Below, in pieces: positions 25,493 to 36,166 of a stretch of 64,000 nt of DNA. The notes under the pieces were generated by a model. It did not search any database. It saw nothing but the letters and a program-made list of their open reading frames with translations, and had not been told where the DNA came from. Made by a program: the position numbers and the translations under genes. The first letter of the stretch is position 1. The number at the start of each line of letters is the position of its first letter. Source of the DNA: Eledone cirrhosa (Eukaryota); the NCBI GenBank assembly GCA_964016885.1, contig OZ024740.1:143220001-143284000 (forward strand). Reading direction: 5' to 3'.

Positions 25493-25872
25493 ATTGTTTC
25501 TACGTTAGGCACAAGGCCAGCAATTTCCCAGTGCATTACTGGTACTTTATTTTATCGACCCCGTAAAGATGAAAGGCAAAGTTAACCTTGGCGGGATTTG
25601 AATTCAGAATGACAATGGCCGTAACTCTATACATCAAAGTATGGCGTCTGACCCTCTACCAATACTGCCAATCTGCCGATATAATGACGGTGCATTGGCA
25701 GTATCGGTAGAGGGTCGGACGCCATGCTTTCCAGCATAGTTACGTCCCTATACGATCTGAGTTCAAATCCTGCCGAGGCTGACTTTGCCTTTCATCCTTA
25801 TGGGGTCGATAAAATAAAGTACCAGTAATGCACTGGGTAATTGCTGGCCTTGTGCCTAAAGTAGAAACAATT
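25493..25872. mobile_element. Head-to-head pair of tRNA-derived SINEs
   Basis: Minus copy ~25493-25678 and plus copy ~25687-25872 of the 20421 family. Confidence 0.88.
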
Positions 25873-25884
25873 ATATATATATAA

Positions 25885-26143
25885 TGAGGTCGTGTAGATG
25901 TCATGACAAAAAAAAAAAAATACAGTCCTCACTGTAATGTGGTCATGTAGGTAACACGGTAAAAAGCTCCCAGTCCACTCTGTAAATGTGGTTGGTGTTA
26001 GGAAGGGCATCCAGCCGTAGAAAACCTGCCAGATAGTCCTATACGAGCGAGACACGGTCATCCAGCCAATCTTGCCTCAAATGGGACAATTCCCGTCTAA
26101 CCCATGCTAGCGTGGAAGATAGACGTTAAACAATGATGATGAT
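25885..26143 (+). mobile_element. RTE 3' UTR/tail fragment
   Basis: Matches 3280-3530 and the reverse of 22140-22365. Confidence 0.8.
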
Positions 26144-26160
26144 ATATAAATATATATATA

Positions 26161-27580
26161 CTAGCTCGCCCGTCCGGCTGGCGCCCGGCTAGGTATACCA
26201 GCATTTTATCTTTTCAGGAATCCCCCCTACACTCCAGTGCAAAGATACCGCACGCCCTCTTTAATCTGTTATACGCGAGGGGGGGGGGGCAGGGGGGTTA
26301 ACGAGCTCTGATGTTGGGTTTGAATAGTTTTTAGGATTCCCCAGTTCAGCAGCCAGTACGTTAAAGAAAATTGATAGTTACAACAATAAAGGCTGAACAG
26401 AGAACAAATTTTTTAACAAACAATAATTTGTACAACCATAATGGAAATTCCAAGTAACAGAAAATATTTAAATTACATTGTTAGAGCCTCAGAGTATACA
26501 ATATATTTTGTTCGGCGCTCCGGAGCAAAGATGAAGAGATTGTTTGGTGAGCTCACCCTAGAACATCCTACATACAATTGACCATGGGAGAATCACTGAT
26601 CTCGTAGCTCATCTCGCGGAGAAGCTCTGTAGACGTTGACCTCTGTAAACTCCTGTCAGGAGCAGGTAAGCTGTAGTGACTTAGAGGCCTACCACCAATC
26701 TCCAGGACACTATTTTCAAGACAAATGAGCGCCTCATTGAAAACAACATCGTATGTTACGTTCGGATTGTGTGCGGTGAATGTCCTCGGCTAGACTTTCG
26801 CGGTAGACTTTCGCAGTAGTTGTTCCACAGTGCGAGAGGGTCGGTGAGATCACAGTTGTGCAGCATAATAGAAAAAGGTTTTCGCAGATGAGAAGGGACT
26901 GTAGCAATTGCTACTTCTTGCAGGGTGAGGTGCCAATGGCTGTCATCATGTAACATACCATGCATCTGGCAAGCCAAATGGTAAGTGGAACATTGATGGC
27001 CATTGATGGTTCTCAGATCTTGGAAAGACTGTGGTCCTCTAACCTCGAACAGTAACAATGATGATAAGCTGTCTGTGCTTTCGTGAAATAAATAGGTTTA
27101 TATCTGTACACGAATATATATATTAAAATAACAGATTAAAGTTTAAGCAAAGAATCGCTGCTTTCACCCTTAACGGTATCTTCTGAAACTAAAAATATCA
27201 GTCTGTGAACGCAGAAGTAAATATTTCGTAAAACGTTATCTAATGCAGACAGCCAGACATACAGAGACATTATAAGGGTGCTACATTATAGCTATGTATC
27301 TATCTAAAAAGACATACTAAGAAAAAGAGGGGAATGTTGTGCGATGTCATAAGAAAAAGCGAGGAATGTCGTATAACCGGAAGTGTTGACATTTGAAATT
27401 TTAAAGAAGTGAATATTTAAATAATGTCTTTAATCTTTTAACAAAATTCAGTAGACAAAAATACCCTCACTTTTTTATTTGGAAAAAGTTACATCTATGG
27501 TGCAAATTTGGTGCTGTTTGGTCCAGCCGTTTAGCGGAGAGTTTGTTACCTACATACGGCCGTCAGCTTTATAGTATAGA
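26161..27580 (-). mobile_element. Internally deleted Helitron retaining RepHel fragments and both ends
   Basis: VRGPQSFQDLRTING...ACQMHGML.DD.HW (26756-27058) and FSHGQLYVGCSRV (~26550-26592); 5' TCTATACTATAAAG; 3' hairpin and CTAG; A|T target. Confidence 0.88.
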
Positions 27581-28332
27581 TATGTATGTATATATATATA
27601 TAAACATATGAATTTTGCATATCTAATGATATACTGTATGTTTACGAATAAACATTTGGAAAGCCCTTTAGCTATGAATATTGTAAAGCTGGTGGTTAGC
27701 ATCATCTAGCAGATTCCAGCTGAAGGCGCCAGAGATAACTGCCAAAATGTTTCTGGCATAGGCCACCATCAGGACTGCTTCCCCTGCCCTGCTCTTTGCT
27801 GGAATTTGAAACAGGTGAAAATATATAGTTTTTTGCCTATGTACATGGGATGATTAGCCTCTAATCTTATATATATATATATACCAACTGGCCAGACTTA
27901 TCTCAAAATGGTGCCACACAGTTTCACACTGTAAACGTGGTGGATGTTAGGAAGGGCAACCGGCAGCCATCAAAACCTAGCCAACACACAGCCCCGATAT
28001 GTGCAAGGTATGGTGCAGCCATCAGGCCAGACTTGTCTCATAACAGGACAATCCAGTTCCACACAGTAAACATGGTTGATGTTAGGAAAGGCATCCAGCT
28101 GCAAAACCCCCGAACCAAAATACAATTTTGTTTGAGCAAGGTAGGTGCAGCCAGCTGGCCAGACTTGTCTCATAATGTGGACAACCTGTCTAATGCATGC
28201 AAGCATAGAAAAATAGCTATTAAACAGTGATGATGATAATCATCGTCAATGAATGTTAAATGATAATGATGATGATATGTATGTGTATATTATAAAGTTA
28301 TTGTTGACATTAATAGAATAAAATCTCCTTAC

Positions 28333-28512
28333 CAGATTCAGTATCCACTGCCTTTTTCGCTGTCACTTTCTGCCAAATGAAAGCAACTATGACTGCTAGA
28401 AGGCAAATTGAAGATATAGAAGCTATAATAATAATAATAATTTCTTGTTCTGGCAAAGTCTTTTCTCCATGATATGCTGTTGTCTCTATAGTATTTACAG
28501 TTGTCTGTTCAG
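28333..28512 (-). CDS. Transmembrane exon of a type I single-pass membrane protein
   Basis: TATTTTCAG acceptor and G|GTAAGG donor; 180 nt, phase 1-1. Reads EQTTVNTIETTAYHGEKTLPEQE-IIIIIIASISSICLLAVIVAFIW-QKVTAKKAVDTES: Thr-rich stalk, 23-residue hydrophobic helix, basic stop-transfer. Confidence 0.82.
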
Positions 28513-29302
28513 CTGAAAATATAAATATATTTCTTCATTATTACTTTATTCTTTTACTTGTTTTAGCCATTAGGCTGCAGCCATTCTGAAGCATCACCTT
28601 AAAGATTTTTAGTCATTCATGTCCATCACAGTATCTTATTTTTTCAAGTCCGGTATATATTTTTCTATCTCTTTTTGTTGAACCACTATGTTCTCTATCT
28701 CTGAACGATCAACATAATCCCAGACCTCATTCACTTGCCAAGTGGAGTGGATCTCATCAAATCGGACCAAGGAAACAATGTTTCCATTGCTGATACAATC
28801 TACCGATTGCAACTCCTGGTAGAAAGAGCAACGTGAAATAAAGTGTCTTGCTCAAGGACACAACACATCGCAACCTCGTGATTGTGAGGCACACGCCTTC
28901 ACTGTTATGAAACACAAAAAGATGCAATTGTAACACAGTAATTGTAATACATACATACATACATGGTGGCTGCCAACTCGTTTTCGAGTACGGCCACTAC
29001 TTTATATCCATGTAGGAGAACCCTTAACGATGCGCTAAACGAGTGTGACTTTTTAGTCCAGCCAGCGACTTGAAAACTCTGGTACAAACACTATACTTGT
29101 GACAATTATTGACACATACGTACATACATACATACATACATACAGCTCCCTAATTCATAGTCTACAAATGGCTGCGATAGCTGGCACCTTCAAAATTTGC
29201 AAAACATTCTTGCGATTCAAGGGATGACAATTTCTTTTCTTTTACAACCGGTCAAAAAAATATACTCGAAATTAAGAGAAAGAGATAACATACATACATA
29301 CA

Positions 29303-32300
29303 GTCAACGCGATCAGTCGCGGCGTGGGCGACTATTTATTAAATTTAAGATGAATACTATCTCCGACAGTAATGCCACAACTACAGTCAGGTTGAATACC
29401 TGTTATTCTTCTAACTATATCTTCTGAAGACACCTTTTATTCGAATTCGTAGAGATATCCAACTAAATACATAATTCATTTTACAAGGATTTGCTACAAA
29501 CAGTATGGCTGAACACAACATCAACAACAAAATTAAGGAAGTACCGAAGACAAATAACAAGGAAGGTAATCAAACTTTATTCAGTTGTAGCTACAGAAGA
29601 AACCGAAATTATAAATCGCATTTCTCTTGGAGTTGCGAACTTAATAATGATTTATTTAATTGTTATAAAATGGCAAAAAACAATCTCTCCATTGGCTATA
29701 TGAACAGAATGAAGCTACACTGGGACGAAATGCACCCAGAGCTAAATTATTTCACAGCGAAACAATTACGCCAACAAGCGACGTTTGTTGAACGTAAAAA
29801 TAAGATAAATATTATTAATTGTAAGTCCCCCAAAACAAACATGTTATCAACAACACGTGCTACAGGTCGCCATGCTACTAGATTTCCCAGCAGCCAAGTC
29901 GAACAGCGCCTTGAAACAACTATGCCTGTAAGATACTTGACACCACCTGTACCATCGAATGCTGGGGAAAACACTATCGATAATAATATTAATCGAAGAA
30001 ATAATAATAATAATCGAAGAAATTTGACACCACGTGTACCATCCGAGTCTACCTCGACTGTTGTGGAAAATACTATCGATAATGATAATAATCAAAAGTA
30101 TAAACAATTGAAAATTTCCCTCAACGAAATCTTCCAGAGAGAAATTAACTCATGTATAAATATCTCTCTTGCTGAACGTATTAAAACGACAATGTTTAAT
30201 AAAAAACCAAATAATGAAATATTACGTGTTATTGACGAATTAGGGGATGAATATTTACGACGGATAAAAACCCCAACATTTTGGCAAATCAACGCCTGTT
30301 TATACGCCTTAGCAGAGATATTAACAAGAACAGAACACCAACTAAAATACCATCATATATAACTAAAATAGAAAAAAAGATTGCTGACCTACGAAAAAAC
30401 AGGATATGTGACAATGCTCCTTACATGCAAACAAACACAAAAAACCTCACTCCTCACCAACAAAGAGTGAAAAATAAAATAGAGACGATGTTTGGTAACA
30501 GTAGAACCAGAACTCTCCAATATAAGCTGATCACCCTCAAACAAAAATTGAGAGATGTTAGCGAAAAACGCAGATACCTGAAGAAGGTAGATGAGAGAAA
30601 AGTGCTTAATAAAAGATTCAGACGAAACCAAACATCAGTCTATAGAGATATGAATGACAAAATAATAAGTGTCACTGAGGCCCCATCCCAGAAAGACATA
30701 GATTCCTTTTGGAGCAAAATATGGGGTGAAAAGAAGAATTTCAACCAAGATGCAGTGTGGCTAAGAGAAATCCGAAAGAACTATTGCTCCTACACTACAA
30801 CAAAAACATACAAAATAAGTGAGGGTACCCTTGAGACAGTGATAGGAAAACTCCGAGATAAGAAAACACCAGGAAGAGACATGATTGTCGGCTACTAGTA
30901 CAAAAAACTGATATTCTATCGGAGGTATCTTACTGACCTCTACCAACAAGTTCTTAAGGGAGATACACTTGTAGCGGTTGTCTCCCTTGTTTGGATTAAC
31001 ATCTAGACGGGAAGTAGAACCCTTTCTGTAACTTCCGGTCAGAACCCTATAAAACTAACAACTTTAAGTTCTCACTCTCTCATTGCCCTTTCGGCACCAG
31101 GCCAAGAGCCTCTCATTTGCCTTCTGGCGCCTGGCCTTAGCCAGGCGTCCTCTGCCAGCCGCGTTTGCCTGGCAATCAAAACGGTAACGACTAACTTTGT
31201 TTCATTCTTTCATCTATTTCTTTGACATGTCAACTATACTATCTACCATTGTTAATTAAATATTATACACACAAACCATGTCTCGTTTTGTTACATTCAT
31301 GCAACCCAGTATCCTCGCTATATTGGTAACCCTGATGTGATACGAACACGCAGCCGTTCATCGCTATAAGTGGTCACTCCCCCCCCCCCACCCCACCCCC
31401 CCAAAAAAAATAGCAGATCTGGCGTTGTGTGACTAACATTACGAATACACAGCAAATTTATCGACAAACTATGAAAATACTCAGTAAAAGAAACAAACGC
31501 ACACACGCACATGTGGAATTCGCGTTCAGACAGACTTTTTCTCTCATGCATCAACTAACTGTCGCATTTCACGAGATATATATATGTTTCTCGTTTCTTA
31601 CAACGAACACTTTCACCAAAAAAATAAAAAACATTTCACGATATATATATATGTTTCTCGTTTCTTTCAAAACGAAAAAAAAAAAGAAATTTGATATTCT
31701 TTAAAAAACATTTCAACAGGAACATTTATTTTCGATGAACCATTGCCTTTTTTTTCATCGTTTTCTTCATCGTTCAAGTTTTTTTTCCAAAGTTCACACC
31801 AATAATTATGCTGAGTGAAGCCTTTCTTTTTCATCATTGTCACTTTCACACTTGCACTATCATTTTCTCGCGCGTTAGAAATATTATTTTTTCAACCTTG
31901 TATTGGCACGTGTAGGCAGCACAAATTCTCGACTCACAGAGATAGCCGCACGCCAGAGATAACGTTTCTCGCCAAGGATTCTTCAGCCTTAAGCTATATT
32001 CTCCTATTTGCCGGTTTATAAATTTACAATGTAAATTTACCGTTGATAACCGCGCATTTATTAAGAATGCTTATTTCTCTGGTCGCTGGCCTCTTGACCC
32101 TTCCAGGTCAACGCATTCTCAACATCGACCATCAACTTCGGCTGCTATTTCTAGCACTTTGCGCAACTCATTTTTTCGGAAAAATTTTTTTTTACTGTGA
32201 ATTTAAACACCGAATACGCTCACTCAGCGAGACAACAGCAGCAGCAACAGCAACAGCAATATAACAGCAACAGCAATACAGCAATACAGCAGCAACAGCA

Positions 32301-35300
32301 ACAGCAATACATCAACACAGCTTCACCAACAACCAAAGCCAGAGAATTTATTTTTGCAGCACTCTTCCTGTGAGAAAATCCATTCGGAGGTTGGAAATTT
32401 CACGATATACCACAGAACAGAAACCACCTGCATTCATTCTCTGGAACACACTTTCTTTCCTGCTGTCATGTGATTGCACACCTGTGAACTACTATATTTT
32501 TGTACATTTGAACTTTGAGCCCTTCTCTTACTTTATTACATTGTATCTTTGGGTGATGGATAGATAGATGTCCAGTCGTTCTCTGGCCAAGAGCGGTTGG
32601 CTACCTTGATATCTATCATTGATTTTTGCAAACATTCTTTTGTCGTAATTTTCATGCCTGTTACAACATTCTCGCCAACTTGCTACATATTTTCATTCGA
32701 TTTTTATATTCTAAAATTCTGGCGGGAGGTTATGTAGCGGTTGTCTCCCTTGTTTGGATTAACATCTAGATGGGAAGTAGAACCCTTTCTGTAACTTCCG
32801 GTCAGAACCCTATAAAACTAACAACTTTAAGTTCTCACTCTCTCATTGCCCTTTCGGCACCAGGCCAAGAGCCTCTCATTTGCCTTCTGGCGCCTGGCCT
32901 TAGCCAGGCGTCCTCTGCCAGCCGCGTTTGCCTGGCAATCAAAACGGTAACGACTAACTTTGTTTCATTCTTTCATCTATTTCTTTGACATGTCAACTAT
33001 ACTATCTACCATTGTTAATTAAATATTATACACACAAACCATGTCTCGTTTTGTTACATTCATGCAACCCAGTACTCTAGCTATACACTTATACCAGAAT
33101 GGTTGACATTAGCACAAACATTACTGGTCCCCAAGAACAAAGACACCCACTTGGCAAAAAACTTCCAACCCATTGCATGCCAGAACCTGATGTATAAGAT
33201 GTATACAGCCTGCCTGAACCTATTCCTCCAAGATCACTGTGAAAATAATAACATCATCACAGATGAACAAGCAGCTGGAATGAAGGGGGTTTGGGGATGT
33301 GCTGAACAACTCCTAATCAACAAAACTGCGATGTCGGAGGTGCGACAACTTAGGAGGAATATGACTACAGTCTGGCTGGACTACAGGAAAGCTTTCGATT
33401 CTGTTCCCCACTCTTGGATTATAGAGGCCCTCCAACTTGCTAAAGTCCCAGACATTATTGTCAGAACCATAGAGAGGCTGTCTTCTTCTTGTGCTACTAT
33501 CCTAAGGTTAAGGACAGAGAGGGAGGACTCTATTTTCACTGATAAAATAAAATATTGCAGGGTTATATTTCAGGGAGACAGTCTCTCTGTGATATTATTC
33601 ATCTTGTCATTAAACCCCTTGTCCTTTCTGCTCAAGAAATGTGAGGGATACATCATTGGCTCACATGAGGACAGAAATACGAACCTAACCCATCATTTCT
33701 TTGTGGACGATCTGAAACTCTATGCCAAGAACATGGATGGGATGAAGAAAAATCTTGACCTGGTTACAACGTTCTCAAAGGATATAGGAATGGAATTTGG
33801 CCAAGATAAATGCTCATACATGACTGTAAAGTGGGGAAAAACAACAACCCAATCTAGCAACATTGTCATTAATGGCCTAACTGTTTCATCGATATCTGAT
33901 GAGGACGGCTACAGATACCTGGGGATAGATGAGAACATATCCTATAATGGTGTCTGTAATAAAGAATGTGTAATCAGGGAATACTACACCCGATTAAGAA
34001 AGATCTGGTCATCGGAACTCTCTGCGCAAAACAAAACAGTGGCTCACAATGTGTTTGCTGTGCCTGTCCTAACACCAACGTTTGGAATACTCAATTGGAC
34101 GATAGACGAAATCCGAGCAGTTGATGTTGGAACTCGAAAAATACTAAACAACACTGGAAACTTCCACATCAACAGTGACATAGACCACCTTTACTTGAAA
34201 CGTTAGCAGGGAGGCAGAGGCCTAACATCAGTCCAGACAGCATTTGAATGTCACATCATACCTCTCCGACAACATCTACGAACCTCAAAACGTAGGAGCC
34301 CGTCTCTCGAGCAAGTCTATCTGCATGAAACAGATAAGATCATGAGAGTTGGGAAGGAACTCCTCGAGAGATATTGCCTGTGTGATAATCAAAAACTCAC
34401 ACCCAGCGAAGTCGCTCAGCAGTATCGCAGTGAATCCATGGATGAAAAACTGCATGCTTATCAGCAAAAAATCATGCATGGATATGTTGCCAGGAAGCTC
34501 CAGAGTGAGAGTAATATAGATAAGGAAAGTAGTCTATCTTGGACCAACAACCGCTATATTGGCTCCCACTTTGAAGGATATGCTTTTGCAATCCAAGAAC
34601 AGGAGATTAACACAAAATACATGATTCACAAAAGAGATAGGGATGCAGGCAAAACACCTAAATGTGATAACAAGTGCAGACTCTGCAGAACTAACATCGA
34701 GGATATCACCCATGTCATCAGCAGCTGTCCAAAGATGTCACGCAGTACTATCTACCTATGAGGCATGTTGTAGTGGCCAAAACACTGTACAATGCAGTTC
34801 GTAAAAAAGATAGCCCCGATAATAAACACATTAAAAGCTACAGCAATGTGGAAGACATCCATGTACATAATATGAAAGAGTACTAGTGGAATGTTCCAGT
34901 AAAAACCCCAATAAAATGCAGGCATAACAGACCAGATATTATGATATGGGACAGGGAGAAGAAAGCATGCACAGTAGTGGAAATTAGCTGCCCAGCAGAT
35001 GCCAATATAATATCAAAGATTAGCGAATAGGAGAATATTTATGCAGAACTGATGAGAAATCTGCAGATACTCCACCCTGATTACATCTTCAGATTTATGC
35101 CTGTGATTATTGGGGCACTGGGGTATGTTAGTAACTGCCTCAATACAAATCTTGAGAAGCTAGGCTTCACAGGAACAGAAAGAACACAACTAGTTAGGAA
35201 ATTACAAGTACAATCCATTAATGAAACAGTAAAAATATGTAAAACATTCCAAAAATTTTGCATCTAATAACTGCATATACACATGTACAGATACAAAGCA

Positions 35301-35500
35301 TATACACATGCACACATACAACTCAAAACATACACATCCACACATACAATAACATCCATATCTACACATGCATGCATGCATGCATAATCTACCTAGTTGA
35401 TGTTGTGTAAATTCCAATGAGAGAGTCTTGTGTCTATGTTAGAAACCGACTCTCTCTCTATTGGGAAAAAATTTGTGAAATTATAAAACCAGAAGAATAT
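29303..35500 (+). mobile_element. Near full-length R4/Dong-like non-LTR retrotransposon (RT, CCHC, restriction-like endonuclease), pseudogenised and split by an LTR element
   Basis: ORF pieces 29505-30898, 33103-34206 (WLDYRKAFDSVPH, FQGDSLS, FVDDLK), 34342-34761 (CRLC..EDITHVISSC), RPDI near 34930 and PVIIGALG. (TACA)n lies at the 5' flank. The 5' boundary is uncertain. Confidence 0.9.
30970..33085 (+). mobile_element. Young non-autonomous LTR retrotransposon (Gypsy-like structure, no coding capacity)
   Basis: 353-bp LTRs (30970-31322 and 32733-33085; TGTAGC...GCTATA) differ at ~4 positions by eye. TSD CACT at 30966-30969 and 33086-33089. PBS from 31324; purine tract GGCGGGAGG before the 3' LTR. 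Removing it restores the host frame GDTLIPEWL. Confidence 0.95.
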
Positions 35501-35566
35501 ACATACAAAAAATACTTGAGTTCACCTGCCCAAACAAAATTTTATTTATCTTCTCATATATATATA

Positions 35567-35944
35567 ATCATGATTTTACGTCCGCTTTTCCCTGGTTGCA
35601 AGGGTGGGACGGGAACTGATTCTGGCTTGATTTCTACAGCTGGATGCTCTTCCTAACGCCAACCTCATTTACAGTGAGTGCTGGGTGCTTTTTTTCCGTG
35701 GCACCTACACGTCCACTTTACAGTGTGGGCTGGGTACTTTTTTTGCCATGGCACCTCCACACCACTTTGCAGTGGAATGATATGGACCCCAGTCCTATCA
35801 TCTCATTTCTACAGCTGAGTAAACTGGAGCAATGTGAAATAAAGTGTCTTGCTCAAGGAAACAACACATCACCCGGTCTGAGAATTGAACTCACAACCTT
35901 TCGATTGCAAGGCCAATGCTCTAACCACTAAGCCATGTACCTCC
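35567..35944 (-). mobile_element. Full-length composite SINE (tRNA head, CORE-like domain, RTE-derived middle and tail)
   Basis: A box TGGCTTAGTGG, B box GAGTTCAATTC, TTGAGCAAGACACTTT, two ACTGTAAA units, AGGAAG.GCATCC and tail CCCGTCCCACCCTTGCAA..GGAAAAGCGGACGTAAAA. Confidence 0.85.
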
Positions 35945-35999
35945 ATATATATAACAGTTAAAAAGTATGACATCAAGAAAAATGACCGAAGGCAGTGGC

Positions 36000-36166
36000 C
36001 ATACATATACCACAACAACGAAAGATACAGAAAGGTTGACAACTAACCTGGACCTTCTTTTGTTGATTAGAATCTGAGATTTTTATCAGTTGTATCGATT
36101 CTAATGAACAAGAGAAGGTTAGTTTTCAGCCTTTTTGTATATATCGTTGTTGTGGTGTATCTATAT
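36000..36166. repeat. Imperfect ~165-bp inverted repeat (MITE-like)
   Basis: ACCACAACAACGA..ATACA.AAAGG.TGA.AACTAACCT...ATTAGAATC pairs with GATTCTAAT...AGGTTAGTT.TCA.CCTTT.TGTAT..TCGTTGTTGTGGT. Confidence 0.65.

Noticed and set aside
27670-27800. GC-richer segment that could be an alternative last exon (AKSRAGEAVL...HS*)
   Set aside because: An acceptor and phase-1 frame exist, but the plus-strand reading is equally plausible and nothing discriminates.
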